DNA from: Lama glama
Taxonomy: Eukaryota
Assembly (NCBI GenBank): GCA_028534125.1
Contig: CM052816.1
Coordinates: 93,684,001-93,748,000, forward strand
Reading direction: 5' to 3'
DNA length: 64,000 nucleotides
Part shown: piece after piece, positions 38,668 through 50,768 of the stretch
Layout: each line of letters starts with the position of its first letter
Numbering within the stretch: the first letter of the stretch is position 1
Notes under the pieces: generated by a model
Told to the model about the DNA's origin: nothing
The model's database searches: none
The model's input: only the letters and a program-made list of their open reading frames with translations
Program-made: the position numbers and the translations under genes

Positions 38668-39599
38668 AAGTAACATTAGTATTGCCATACTTAGTAAGTG
38701 AACATATTTGCTACTATTGGGGAAAACCAAAACAAACAACCAACCAAAAAAAACTAGTAAATAAAGAAGGGAAAACATGGCGAGTCGATTAATTCCACAC
38801 TGTAAGTCACATGAGTATGCCTTCTCATCAGGATGCAGTTTTTACTTATTTGATATAGTCTTCCAATGGAAAAAAGCAATAATAGCTTAGGAACTTTAAA
38901 AATAGCAGATTTCAGCATGAACACTATCATACGTACTCAAATAGCATGGTTGTATATGAGTACATAATTGTAGAGCAGTATCTCTGATCATTATATTTGC
39001 TACTGAAAATCATTCTTCTGTTGTGAATATCACTGAAAATAAACCAACGAGATGGTACAATGAATGTGGGAATCTCCAAAATAATGAATGCTTTTAGAAT
39101 AATCTGAATTTTCAGGTGATGCTGGCAACGTGTTGTTCATGCTGTGTGGTCATCTTAGATTCTGTGGTGTGATTATAGCGATCACTGAAGAGCCTCACAA
39201 TAGCTTCTTTTAACTATAAGAGATATTAGGCAAGCACACAATTTCTGAGAAGTTGGCTATCCTGGGTAATATGAGCATACCTCAAGGCAGAAATTTTTCA
39301 TTGTCACCAGAAGAGATCACGGGAACAAACATCTGCCTTGTTTTGACTACCAGCCATCATATCAAGCCCTTTTCCCCTGATTTGATAGTTTCATTCAGAC
39401 TCTTAATCTGAATGATAAAGCGTGTTCACTGTCATTAGCAATTCTGGGAGCTGGCAAGCTGTTTCATTCTCATATGTATTGGAATTCTCCTTCCTTCAAC
39501 TTTCCAGTCCCTCTCATCTCACCTTACAAAGGCCTCGGCCACTTATACCACCCATATTGCACTCAGGGAGGCACCAGTTCCCAAAACAATCCTTACCAA

Positions 39600-39735
39600 G
39601 GCAGTGAGATGATCACAGCGGTGGCCTCTGAGTCAGGAGCTGAGAGGTAAATTTAGCACCGTCCTTTACTGTGTGATCTGAGGACAGTCACCTAACTCAT
39701 CTCACATATTCCACCCACGTAAACAAAAATAGCAA
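39600..39735 (+). mobile_element. MIR fragment
   Basis: ctctgagtcaggagctg...ttactgtgtgatctgaggacagtcacctaactc. Confidence 0.6.
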
Positions 39736-40079
39736 AACATTACAACAGAAGAATAGGATTATGAGCCCCTTTATAGGGTCTACATCTTCTTCCTCTCTCT
39801 CATCTCATTCCAGATATGAGCAGAGGCGTGATTAACTGTTGAATTTATTTCTACTACATGATGATTAATTCACTATAAAACATAATTCTTTAGCTTGGAA
39901 TATCAGATGTTGTATTCTATTATACTAAGGCTAATTTGGGGTTGTAAGTGGGAGTTAAATTATGAATCTGCCTTTTTTATTCCATAAGTAAACTTTTATT
40001 CTCAAAAGTATATGTGCCTATCAGTTGCTGTGGCATTTTGACTCCCAAATTGTATTGAATCCTGACTTCTTCATGCTTT

Positions 40080-40548
40080 GCTTTGTCTTTTCATCATATG
40101 TAGCTTTGAATGAAACTATCTTATAAGTTACTAGCTCAACATATGACCATTTTATTATATCTCATGGTTTTGTGAGGGCTTGGCTGGATGATTCTTCAGC
40201 TCTGTATGGTTTTGACGGAGTGGTCCAACAGTATTTAGCTGACAGCTGAACTGTGCTGGAAAGTCACCAGCAGCTATACTCACATGCTTGGCATCCTGGC
40301 AGGGATAGCTGGAAACTTGGGTCCTCTAGAACACTCTTTCTGTCCATGTAGTCTTAGTTTTCTTTACATAATCCCAGCAGCAGTGCAGTTGTGTTTCATA
40401 AATGAGGGCTCAGGTGCAAGAGCAGAGATGCTGATTTTATTTCTTTTATTTGCCAAAGCTGCCATAGGCTCAAAGACAGAAGAAGCAAACCAATTTCTCA
40501 GTGAAGATCATTCACAGCAAGAGTCCGTGGCCATTTTGAACCACCACT
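40080..40548 (-). mobile_element. MaLR LTR (MLT1H-like)
   Basis: ggcttggctggatgattcttc...actcacatgcttggcatcctggcagggatagctggaa...gtggccattttgaaccaccac. Confidence 0.7.
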
Positions 40549-41324
40549 TTACATCTTCCTTAAAACTTTTCTGACTTGACTATTGTAGCAAAATAAGTCA
40601 GTTTTCCCTAGTATCTGTTTTTTCAACAGTAATTAACTAGAGACTTTGCATGTAGACAATTCAGACCTCATTTCCATGATTTTCACATGATTTATTTTGG
40701 CAGACTCTCTTACAACAAGGTTCATCACAGTTAATTTAGTTCATCTGCTCAGCAGTCCACATGTCCCTTTCTTTTCTTCTGCTCCATGAATAGCCCTCCA
40801 GCATTTAGCATCTGTCAAAGTGGATGACACATCTTTAGAGTAGATGGGGATATTTTCAGTCAGGGAAGTCCAAGTTCCTCTGTCTCAAGCTGGAACCTAA
40901 AAACAAGCTTTCAAATCGTGTGCACACATATGTGTGTGTTCGGTTTGTCTGTATGTGTGATATGTTTCAACGTATCAGGGTTGGCTTCAGGGTTTTCCTT
41001 CCTTCATTTTTTATTTTTTACCTGTAATCATATGCCTTGCATGTAGAATTTCTCAAATAGCCATTCAACCCTGAATGCTAATATGATGTCATGTCTATAA
41101 CCAAAATTTAATTTACAATACTTGTTTAATCTTTGGATTTAGGTCAAATATTTTACTATTTCAACTCTTCTATGACAAATTTGTCTGAACTCTGAACCCT
41201 TCTATATACCATTCATACCCATAACTCAAGGTGACACAGCTGTGTATCTTATAGTTCCAAAGTCTTACCAGTAGTATAATCCTACATACAAAATGTGCAA
41301 TTTTTTGATGAAAATGGAAAGCAA

Positions 41325-41480
41325 GTCAGCTGTTACTAAGTGTACACTATGTACCAGGATTAGTACTCAGGATTTGCTATTTAACAGTTACTACAAATTT
41401 GTGAATGAGAACTGTTCTGTTACCACTTTCTAGTTCAATAGACTAAGCCATAATGAGATTAACCCAATGGCCACATGTCT
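41325..41480 (-). mobile_element. MIR fragment
   Basis: ttactaagtgtacactatgtaccagg...gattaacccaatggccaca. Confidence 0.45.
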
Positions 41481-41499
41481 ATCTGTCCTCATGACCTTG

Positions 41500-41713
41500 C
41501 TGATTGGGGAACAGCCACATCACACTTTTTTGCTGTTGTTTTGCTGCAGTACGTAGCCAACCACCAAGGCACTCAAATTGCTTTTTCATGGAAGAGAGTA
41601 TGTGAGGGTTGCGGTATTTCAGCTGACCACGTACCTACTTAAAAATTAAGAATTCTTTTACAATGTTATAAGGAGAGACTGGACATTAGTGCACAACTAG
41701 CTGCCTATAACAC
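41500..41713 (-). mobile_element. MaLR LTR fragment (MLT1J-like)
   Basis: aaaaattaagaattctttta...ggagagactggacattagtgcacaactagctgcctataacaca resembles the MLT1J terminus. Confidence 0.5.
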
Positions 41714-41967
41714 AGAAATGGTGAATGTAGAAGCTAAATATTGACAAATACGTACATAAGCAAAGCTGAAGAACCATGCAAGAAGGGCAGATGAATTCCA
41801 ACTGAATGCAGTTAAGTATGCCAATAAGAAAGGAGTAATTCTTGAATTTGTGTAAACATGTTCATCCAAGTCATGCAAGTTTGAGAACTTCTTGGGTATT
41901 TGAAACTTGTTCTACTAGCTGAATTAGGTCGATGTAGCTCATAAAACAGGTACTTACTTGTACTTAC

Positions 41968-42123
41968 ATATCTGACCAATTCGTCAGTGTTGCTACACGG
42001 GGGATGCATGTGCTGGGACAAGGCGCTGGCAGTAATCCTTATGTCTTGTTTGAAATTTCCATAGAATTTAGCAATGTAGGGTTGGATTGTGGTTTGGCTG
42101 ATGCTCAATGTCCTTGCCATGAC
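41968..42123 (-). other. Candidate 156-nt exon (166 nt with alternative donor; unverified)
   Basis: Minus strand reads gatttccag|GTCATGG...AGATAT|gtaagtacaa|gtaagt; open frame of 52 codons; no recognised protein. Confidence 0.25.
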
Positions 42124-42769
42124 CTGGAAATCGAGACCCACTGAGAAGGGAAATTACCTCTTGTATTACATTAAATGCACTCTGAGCTGGGTTTCTGCAG
42201 ATTACATAGAGACAAGGTTCAACACACATGTTCAATTAGGGAGAAAGTAGGTCAGGAATAGCACACAGGAAAGATTCCGTCAGAACGTGACATGATTGGT
42301 CCTAGCTAGACTTTCTAATAGGTCAGTATATACTTGATTTGTTATAGGACAACTTTAGGAATTGAGTTTTGATATCTGGGCCTTAAGGAAACATGGAAAT
42401 AAATGTCTCTAAGGGTAGCTTAGGAGATTTGTTAGGAGGAAACCTGTAATACTGGGATTAAATTATCATTCTGCAGGATTTGGCCAAGAATTTGGGGAGA
42501 ATGGGAGTAAGACCAGAAAGACAACAATGCATCCTGAATTTTAGCAGATAACACTCAGCATGCTTTTCGCCTTGACAGTGAGAGAAAAGGTATAGTAGTT
42601 AACTCAGCGAGAGTAAGAGCTGTAGGACTTAAGGAGAGAAAAAAAAAAAAGTGTGTGAGAAAGGAAATCTTCAGCTATAACTCAGAAAGCATGATTCCAG
42701 GAGCAGAAGGGAGCTGCCAGTTGTTGGCGCAAGTATCCAACAAATCATCTTTCCCAGCTTCTGCCATAT

Positions 42770-43078
42770 GTGTCAGGTCATTGCTCTGATTGCCTCCTGT
42801 TCATCCCATTGATGAGGGAGGGATCCTTCATCCTAAGTAGTACGAGATGCCCTGACACTTGCCACTCAACACCGGGCAGATGAGAGCGGCAGCAGATAAT
42901 TATCACATATACGCACAGCCCAGGGTGGCTGGACACTGCTCACCACGCAGGTCCACATGGTGTTTCAATCAAGTTTACAGTAAACAGGAGGGTTGTGGGA
43001 AGCAGGCTTTGTAGTAACAAGAAGATAAGATGTCCCGGGTTCCAACAGGAAGATGTGGTTTGCTTGTTGGAATAATTA
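42770..43078 (-). mobile_element. ERVL LTR (MER70-like), 3' part
   Basis: cagatgagagcggcagcag...tcacatatacgcacagccc...tgtgggaagcaggctttgtagtaacaaga...gcttgttggaataatt. Confidence 0.75.
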
Positions 43079-43269
43079 TTAAGTACTGTATTTTTGTCTT
43101 TGAAGTTTCCCGAAGTGACATGTTTCTAACTGGTTTGCTGCTGATTAACACAAGCTAATATTTTACACTCTCCTATATGAGTTTTCTTAAAAACATACCA
43201 CATGTTTCCAAAGCTAATACTGCATATTTTGTTTTCATAAGAGACAAACACTTTACTTCTAATAGTTTT

Positions 43270-43721
43270 CTATTATTCAACCATGCCTAATGTAGAACAA
43301 ACCATTTCAATGCTGTAAAAACAATATGCATTTATTGTCGTGGGCTGTGGATTCCTTGGCTTGGCTAAGCCCGAATTCAGGCTCTGAGCTCCTGATTCTG
43401 GGCCCTAAGTTCAGGTCTGCTCCACATAGTCTCAACTCCTTGGGCCACCAATTAATTATAGCATTGTGTTCTAGCAGAGAATGACGCGAGCACAGCAATC
43501 TCTCTTGAGGGCTTGTCTGGGTATGGTCACAGTGTCACTGCTTCCCACAGTCTGTTGACCAAATAGGCCACATTGACAATGCCCTTATCAATGGAACAGA
43601 ACTACACAATCCAGCTCTAAGTGGGAAGAACTGTAAAGCCACATGGAAAAACAGTGCATATTTAATTCCAATGCAGAGAGGGCATAGGGAAAGACAACAG
43701 GCAATTCAATATGCCACCATA
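43270..43721 (-). mobile_element. MaLR LTR (MLT1G/H-like)
   Basis: gttcaggtctgctccaca...cacagtgtcactgcttccc...gtgggaagaactgtaaagccacatgg. Confidence 0.7.
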
Positions 43722-44067
43722 ATTCCGGGCAGTAATTTGAAATTCTAGAATTTTTACAGAAGAACTGGGTTAGTGCAACACAGAGTGATATGTGCATGCC
43801 TGAGGGCATGTAAGAAATTGGATTTCACTCCTAAAAAGAATCATAAGAAAAACAAAGGATGACAGTCTCATAAAATATATATACATGTAGAAAAGAAAGT
43901 AGATTCAAGAAGCGGGGCTTACTTTGAGGAAACCAGTGATTTCCAATAAAAATGTGAACAGCATTTTTTGACTATTCTCTGCCTTTCATTGTCTTTTCAT
44001 GTATAAGGGACTCTATTCACAACATGGCTTCACCAGGATTCGGGGGATGCACGCAGGCATCCTGGAG

Positions 44068-44260
44068 CAGGGTTCCTCCACCTGGCCATCACTGACACTT
44101 GAGTTTTCATGATTCTCTGTGGTGGGAGGACTTTCTGTGCCTTACTGGATATTCAGCAACATTCCTGGTCTCTCCCCACCAGATGCTAGTTGTATCCTCT
44201 CAGTCTTGACAATAAAAAATATCTCCAGTTATTGTCAGCTGCCTCTTAGAGGGTAGACCA
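44068..44260. mobile_element. hAT DNA transposon MER20
   Basis: cagggttcctccacctggccatcactgacac...cagcaacattcctggtctctccccaccagatgctag...gacaataaaaaatatctccag. Confidence 0.85.
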
Positions 44261-45074
44261 GGTGATCCAGTATAAAAATATGATATATTTATAAATATAA
44301 AAAACCTCTAATGTATTCATATGTTTACATATCTCAGAAAACGATATGTATGCACACATGCATACATGTACATATGTACACAATTCTTACACACGTATAT
44401 GCGAATGTTAATATATAGACATACTGTGCATAAATATATAAATAAAAGCATTTATATGTGTATGCTGAGCTGAAATATCATCATCAGTGGGTCATGATGG
44501 TGGTTTTGCTGTTATTGAGGAATTATTTAGAATCAGAAAAAGATGATGACAAATAGCAGGTAATATTTATTCTATAAAAGAATATTAATAAAATACCATA
44601 AACTTGACATTGGTTACTTCTGAATAATAAAGTTAAAGTTTTCAAATATATTTCCAAACTAGGGAATAATAGAATTATTTAATGATAGAATGTCTAAAGA
44701 TCATTAAAAGCTTCTTTGTCTATAATCCATACTATAACCATCAAAAGAGAAAAATACAGTTTGTTAATAGATGGCTATGATTAATTAAATATAATGAGTG
44801 TTCAATACAAATGATCAATAAGTAACTCATTACTATGGAGTGGAGCCTTCAGATAAATTATCAGCTTTGAAATGTATGAATACTTCTTAGAATAATTCTT
44901 TGATGGTGCATTAAAAATAAATGTATGAGGAACACCACAGATACTATTAAATGGATTTTAAAATCCACAGATGATATACTGGCTTGAGAGATTATGAATT
45001 GAAATTAAAAATATACCTTGAACTATTAATATAAGATAGAACAGTAGTGAAACAGAACAAATATCACTTACAAT

Positions 45075-45278
45075 AGAAAGAATTCTATTATGAGAAATTG
45101 GCTCACACTATTATGGAGAATGAATAGCACTAAGGCTTGCACTCAGCTGGCTGGAGACCCAGCGGGGTCCGTGGTGTAGTTCCACGGGGTGTCTGAAGAC
45201 CAGAGAATCAGAAGTTTGGATGCAGCAGCTCCAGTCCAAAAGCTATCAGGCTCCAGGCCCAAGAAGAGCCAAGGTTCC
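45075..45278 (-). mobile_element. ERVL LTR fragment (MLT2B-like)
   Basis: tattatgagaaattggctcacactattatggag...gctggagacccag...ggtgtagttcca...cccaagaagagcc. Confidence 0.75.
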
Positions 45279-45319
45279 TAGAGGGAAAATTGATGAAAGT
45301 GTTGAGAATTTTAAAGATG

Positions 45320-45622
45320 GAAGCCCCCAGGCATTTGTCAGTCTCCTTCTATTCCACACTCTGCCTCCAGAAATTCATCTAGATTGTGCTTTAATTGTTC
45401 CTGCCAGTTTACGGTTCCACCTGTTTCTGTTTCAAACTAGCTGTTCTCTGCTGTGATTCTCTCAGTGCTCTTCTCTCCAGATTTCTGTGGGTCATTTGCC
45501 TCGGGTCTTTGGTGGGTCCCGGAAAAGTCTTTGGTTTTTAACTGGTCCAGCCTCTCTTGTTATAAGAACAGGGATGATGATGTCTACACTCTTTACCTAA
45601 AGCCACAGTTGAAACCAGAAGC
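45320..45622 (-). mobile_element. L1MC-like 5'-end fragment
   Basis: Resembles 4780-5050: ccacactctgcctccagaaattcatc...ctgtgattctc...tcttgttataagaacagggatgatga...gaaaccagaag. Confidence 0.65.
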
Positions 45623-46849
45623 CCTTAACTTTCTTTTGACCTTTATTTGTATCGTCAGTAAAAATGTAAACAATAAATGATACTCTATTCTTTGTCCAAA
45701 GTATAGAGTCAAGTGAAAAATACACACAGAAATTTGACAAGTGCATGTTTTAAAAACATATTTCAATTTGATACTTGTAAACTTTTTTTGGAGAATATGA
45801 TTTAGCACTTTTCTTTGTAGAATAAGCCACACACACTCACAACAGCAATGACATCCAAGCTCAGTTCTTCCCTAACATCAACTTTCCTTCGTATCTCCTA
45901 AAGAGATGCAATCTGGAAGGGGCTGGCGTTATTGGATTTAAAATCCCTATTGGCATTGTAGAGATGAAGCTATTCCAAAAAATTAAAACAGTGCTATGGC
46001 AACATTCCAGGGTACAAAATGAGTCAGGCTTCTAAAGACCTTTGAAAAAATGAAAAGAAGTGCTAGCAGTAATAAAGGATTTGTTAGATGGGACAGATCA
46101 GAAATAATAATCAAGCATTCTCCAGTCCTCTGGCTCTAGCCTTCCTGATTGTCATTCCCCGTCTCTCACAGAAGTCCTGATTTACATACTTCTTGCAATA
46201 ATTCTGGTTTGTCTTTTGTTCACCAAGTCCAGGTAAACCCAGTATGGTATCTATTATGATGCAGTTAGGCATATAATGATATGGAAAAGAGAAGATTAAT
46301 ATTTATATCTTTTCTACCTTTGAAATAATGAGCTCACGGCTTTTACTAATATAACATCAAGATATTATTTTCTTTGATGAATAATTAAATGCTAACGACA
46401 TGGTACTAAGAAGATACTGATTTGCACGATGGCCGAGGAGCAGTATCATATTGTACGATTGTGTGGTTATTTATGTTTAATGCACATTTGAAGGTCCTGA
46501 CAAGGATATACTCAATGATGGAATCACATGTGCATGGACACTCACACTTAGTACTGTAAAAACTCTCTATCCGCTGTACATGGCCCAAACACATTTGCTG
46601 TTAATGGTGTCCATGTTGAAATGATCATTTTATACAAGTACTAACTATAATTCAATTCACTTCTTATAAATTAGCAGGAATGACAATATATTGAATAAAT
46701 GCAACCTGAAACAGCAGAATTACTTTAGGTCTTAAAACCTGACATTCCATAATATTGGTTTTAATTTGTTGAACATGTCATTGAATGTCCTTCCTTTTTT
46801 ATCTAGAAAATGATTTGGTACTTCTACAAGTTTATAACCTGGTGTTGTT

Positions 46850-46960
46850 CTACTATATGTGCAGAATTCTATTTTTCCCTCCATGTTCCCTACTATCCAG
46901 TGCCTGGTATGCCTTTGCTCATGGTATACTGAGTAATGTGATGCTTCATGTATGTTCATT
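46850..46960 (+). mobile_element. L2 3' end fragment
   Basis: gcagaattctatttttccctccatgttccctactatccagtgcctggtatg. Confidence 0.4.
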
Positions 46961-48789
46961 TCTACCTTGATAGACTAAGGCCTCCTGCCAATCATTTCAT
47001 GGCATTCTTTCAAAATTAACAGGGGCAATTCAGTAACAATATGAATAAAGAGAATTCAACAGCAAAGAATGAAAACAAAGGCAAAGATGTTAACTGTGAC
47101 TGCTAATGCTGCACAAAGTCTATAATTAACCCAGTAATGAGGATTGTGCCTGGCAAAAAAAGAAGCAAGTAGTGAGGATATGAGCAGTTATTTCTGAAAG
47201 TTTAGGGTAGGTTTTTAGGATAAAAACTAGAGATAAAAGGGAGACGTGCTATAGAAACATCGTATTTATAACATGATACCCAGAAAGTCAGCATTTTCAA
47301 CACCCTGACATCGTAATCCAAGACTTGCTATAACTCCATGTGAATAACATATGAAAGTAGAAAAATATTGCACAGGACTAGGCTTAACAGATGGTCCCAA
47401 GATGAGGTAACTTGACATACTGTACATTTTTCTGTAATATGATCAAGATTGAGTCATTACAATATCATGTCATAAATATGTTAACCTTTACATTCCAGCA
47501 GTTCTAAAACCCATTAGATGAAAGCTTGTTTTTTCCTTTATAAAATCTATTAACATGGGAGACACTATTATTTAAAATGCTAGAGCATGGTAAAACAAAT
47601 TTCCTTTATATCTATTACCTCTAAAGCTAGTTCATTTTAAAATAAATTAGTACTGTATTATTTCTTATGATAAATATTAGGAGAACAATTTCTCCTGTTA
47701 TTTAACACCTGATCAAAAATGGAATCAAGGAAATAGAATAGATAAAATGCATCACAGTTATTAGGGAAACATAAGATTTCTCCACTAAGTCTGAATAATA
47801 CCTAAAATAATAAGCTGGTTGAAGGATTTGTGTGTGTGTGCATGTGTGCACATTACAGTATTTTGGTGATATACTTTTCTGTTTTTCACAAAGAAAATCT
47901 GAGTACATTGACATATATTTCCTTATTCATCTTTCTTATTTTCAAAATTTTCCACGTGACTTAAAGAATGTCCATTTTTTAACAAACAAACTGTACAAAA
48001 CCACGTAGGAGGTTTAGTATTTGGCACATTTGCAAGCCATTCATTTCTGAAATTAACATCTAAGGCAGCTAGTTTTGTTTCAAGTGAGTGCAGAACACAC
48101 GGTTCTTTATTTAACGTTGGATTCTAACCTCTCCTGTTGAGATAGTCATTAAATACTGGCAATGGGAATTTCACGATGGCCTTAAAAATGGCTTGCCGAC
48201 AGCCAGGCACCTTCGTGATCCCTGACCACGTGGACTTTTGTTGGCAACATACCCTCCTCTATGCTGAAGCATTATAGAAACACCACAGTGAGACAATTCA
48301 TACTTCTCCCCTTGCTGCAAAAGCTATTTAAATGTTTATGAATTGAAAATATGTGATTCAGGTTTCAGTCATCCTAGAAAAAGTGACTGTAAGAGTTATC
48401 TTTCTCCTTAGCTTGTGATTTTTCTTGTTTTTTTTTTTTAAATCTGTGACATTATGGCTTGTATTAATGTAATTCTAAAAGATAGTCTGGAATAATATTC
48501 ACAATTAGAAGAATAAAACATGAATTTCTTCCAAAGGGAAAGCAGGTTTTGGTCGCCTGAATCTAGTTTTGGGAATCCTCTTTTAAGAAAAGAATACCAA
48601 ATAGTTTTTCTTTGCAAACTGTACAAATTGTGTGGTGTGTGAACATTTCTAAGACACTTGCAGGGCTTTGAAATGAGTAGTGTGAGAAAGGACCTGGTCT
48701 TTAGGATTTATTAGCTTCATACTGAGTCCACATCAGATTTTTATATACTTAATGGGGCTTGTGTAGTAAAAAACATAATATATATTAAT

Positions 48790-49158
48790 ACATGAGATGG
48801 GGGTCCTTGTGCAAGTGGTTTATTGAGGAAAGAAGGAAGTAAGACACAGGATAGATCAGGGAACCAATAAGCCAGAATATGGTCTTGGCTAGAGACCAAC
48901 TCCACCCTGACCCTGGACGGAGTGCTGAAGCATCTTGCTCATATAGAACTGCGAAGGCCAGCGAAAGGAAATTTGCTCCCCACATCAGTCAGTCCCGGCT
49001 ATGGGATGCTGGAGGGAAGATGCAGATCTCCTCCCTGAAGCCTCCCGTCTCATCTCGTAGGCAATTCCCCAGAGAAGAGGCAACTGTGAGCTCTTTTCAG
49101 CCAGCACTCCTGGCAGCTGGGAGTTGAGTCTGATGGGGCGCAAACAGCACCCACTACA
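48790..49158 (-). mobile_element. ERVL LTR (LTR16C-like)
   Basis: tgagatgggggtccttgtgcaagtggtttattgagg...ggcaattccccagagaag...ctgtgagc...aacagcacccactaca. Confidence 0.75.
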
Positions 49159-49678
49159 GGCAGCAGATATATTTTAAAAATAGTTCAAAGTAGGCTTCAG
49201 TTCTAAGTGAACTCTTTCAAGGATGTCATAATGATAATTACTGAAATACTATTTATAACCGATTGTTGTAGGAGGCAGAAGTGGTCTATGTGGTTATTTA
49301 TGCCAACATTCACTAAACTTGCATAAAGTTGTGCAGTTTGGAGAGTTCATAACCATAGAGGAAGTTATTCAGATCCCAAACATTGAAAATTGGTTATTTG
49401 TTTTAACATTTTCCCCAAAGACTGCAGTAGAATAACTTGAGGCAACAGCACCTTTTCCCAATTGGACCAAAGATGCCACCTGGGCTAGCAGTGACCTTGC
49501 TCACTAATATTTATAGAATGTCTCTTAGACTATTGAATATAATTACTCCCTGAAAACCAGCAAGGTTATAGAGATCATGCTGAGTTTCTCAGAAAGGAAT
49601 TAATCACAGGCTAAGTTTTCTTTCCTTTTAAAGTGATATGACTTTAATCTTATACTTCTTTAAAGTCTATCCAAACAC

Positions 49679-50223
49679 TGTATTCATGTTCAATTGCTAT
49701 GTAACAAATTACCACAAACTTGAGAGCTTAAAACAGCTGTCCTTCATTATCTTTCAGGTTTGGCTGGGCCCAGTTGTGTGTTCTCCTCGAGATCACACAA
49801 GGTTTTAGTCAAGAAGGCAGCTGGGCTGGGATTCCCATCTGGAGCTTAGAGTCCTCTTCCAAGCACATTCAGTTTTGGCAGAATTCAGTTCTACGGTATC
49901 AGGACTGAGACTTTTACCTCTTAGAAGATGCCCTTTTCCTAGGCAGTCCAAAGCATGGCTGTTTGTTTCTTCTTCCTTATAGGACAGCAGGTCAGTTTCT
50001 TACTCCTCACTCTCTTTTAAAGACCTCTCCTGATTACACAAGGCCCACCCCAAATAATGTCTCTTTAGATACAATTCAAGTCAACTATTTAGCAATTTAA
50101 TCACAGAAGTCATAGTCCATCATATTTATGTATCATGCTCACACTCAAAGGGCGGGGATTCTATATAGGAGGTGTATAAAAAGGGACAGAGACTTAGTTC
50201 ATCTTAGAATGCTGTCTACCGCA
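49679..50223 (-). mobile_element. MaLR solo LTR (MLT1E-like) with 5-bp TSD
   Basis: tgtattc...gtaacaaattaccacaaactt...catcttagaatgctgtctaccgca; flanks aacac / agcac. Confidence 0.9.
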
Positions 50224-50639
50224 AGCACCTTGCAAGGTTAAATCCCTTGATGATTACGGTTATGATCTACATGAGAGGATGAGAGGCGATGGTCTTTTGA
50301 AGGTACCAACAATAGATTGGAAAGAGCACCCACTAACGGGCCGGTCAGCTCCACGGGCGGTTCATTTTACATTCTAAAGTGAAAAAGTTGTGATTTAAAG
50401 GCTTTTAAATCAAACTAAAGTCAACAAAGTGCAGTAGAGCAAAGACCCAAATTTGAACTTGGGGTATCGATCACGGCTGGCAAAGTTCTTGATTCTCGGA
50501 TTGAGATGGGATTTTTCCTTTGACCTACAGTCTAAAACTTAAACCAAACTTTTGTAAGTAGCAGTGTTCCAAGAGTGTCAAAATACTTAATTGGAACAAA
50601 AGCTGATTTTCATGACTTTCTTTTATTTTAGTGACAGTG

Positions 50640-50768
50640 TTTTATTTTAACTTGAAATGCAGTTGACTTACAACATTATGTCAGTTTCAGGTATACTACA
50701 TAATGATCTGACATTTGCATACATTATGAAATGATTACCATGGTAAGTCTAATAACCATCTGTCCCCA
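50640..50768 (-). mobile_element. Short L1 3' end
   Basis: agttgacttacaacattatgtcagtttcaggtatactacataatgat...aagtctaataaccatctgtc. Confidence 0.8.

Noticed and set aside
46502..46509. Minus-strand ATATCCTT as a U12 donor partner for the TCCTTAAC near 10975
   Set aside because: Such 8-mers occur by chance in 64 kb (similar ones near 28115 and 33706), and no upstream exon is supported.
46732..46959. Protein-looking minus ORF (TPGYKLVEVPNHFLDKKGRTFNDMF...)
   Set aside because: No pyrimidine tract at the possible acceptor, weak donor, partial overlap with an L2 remnant, and no recognised homology.
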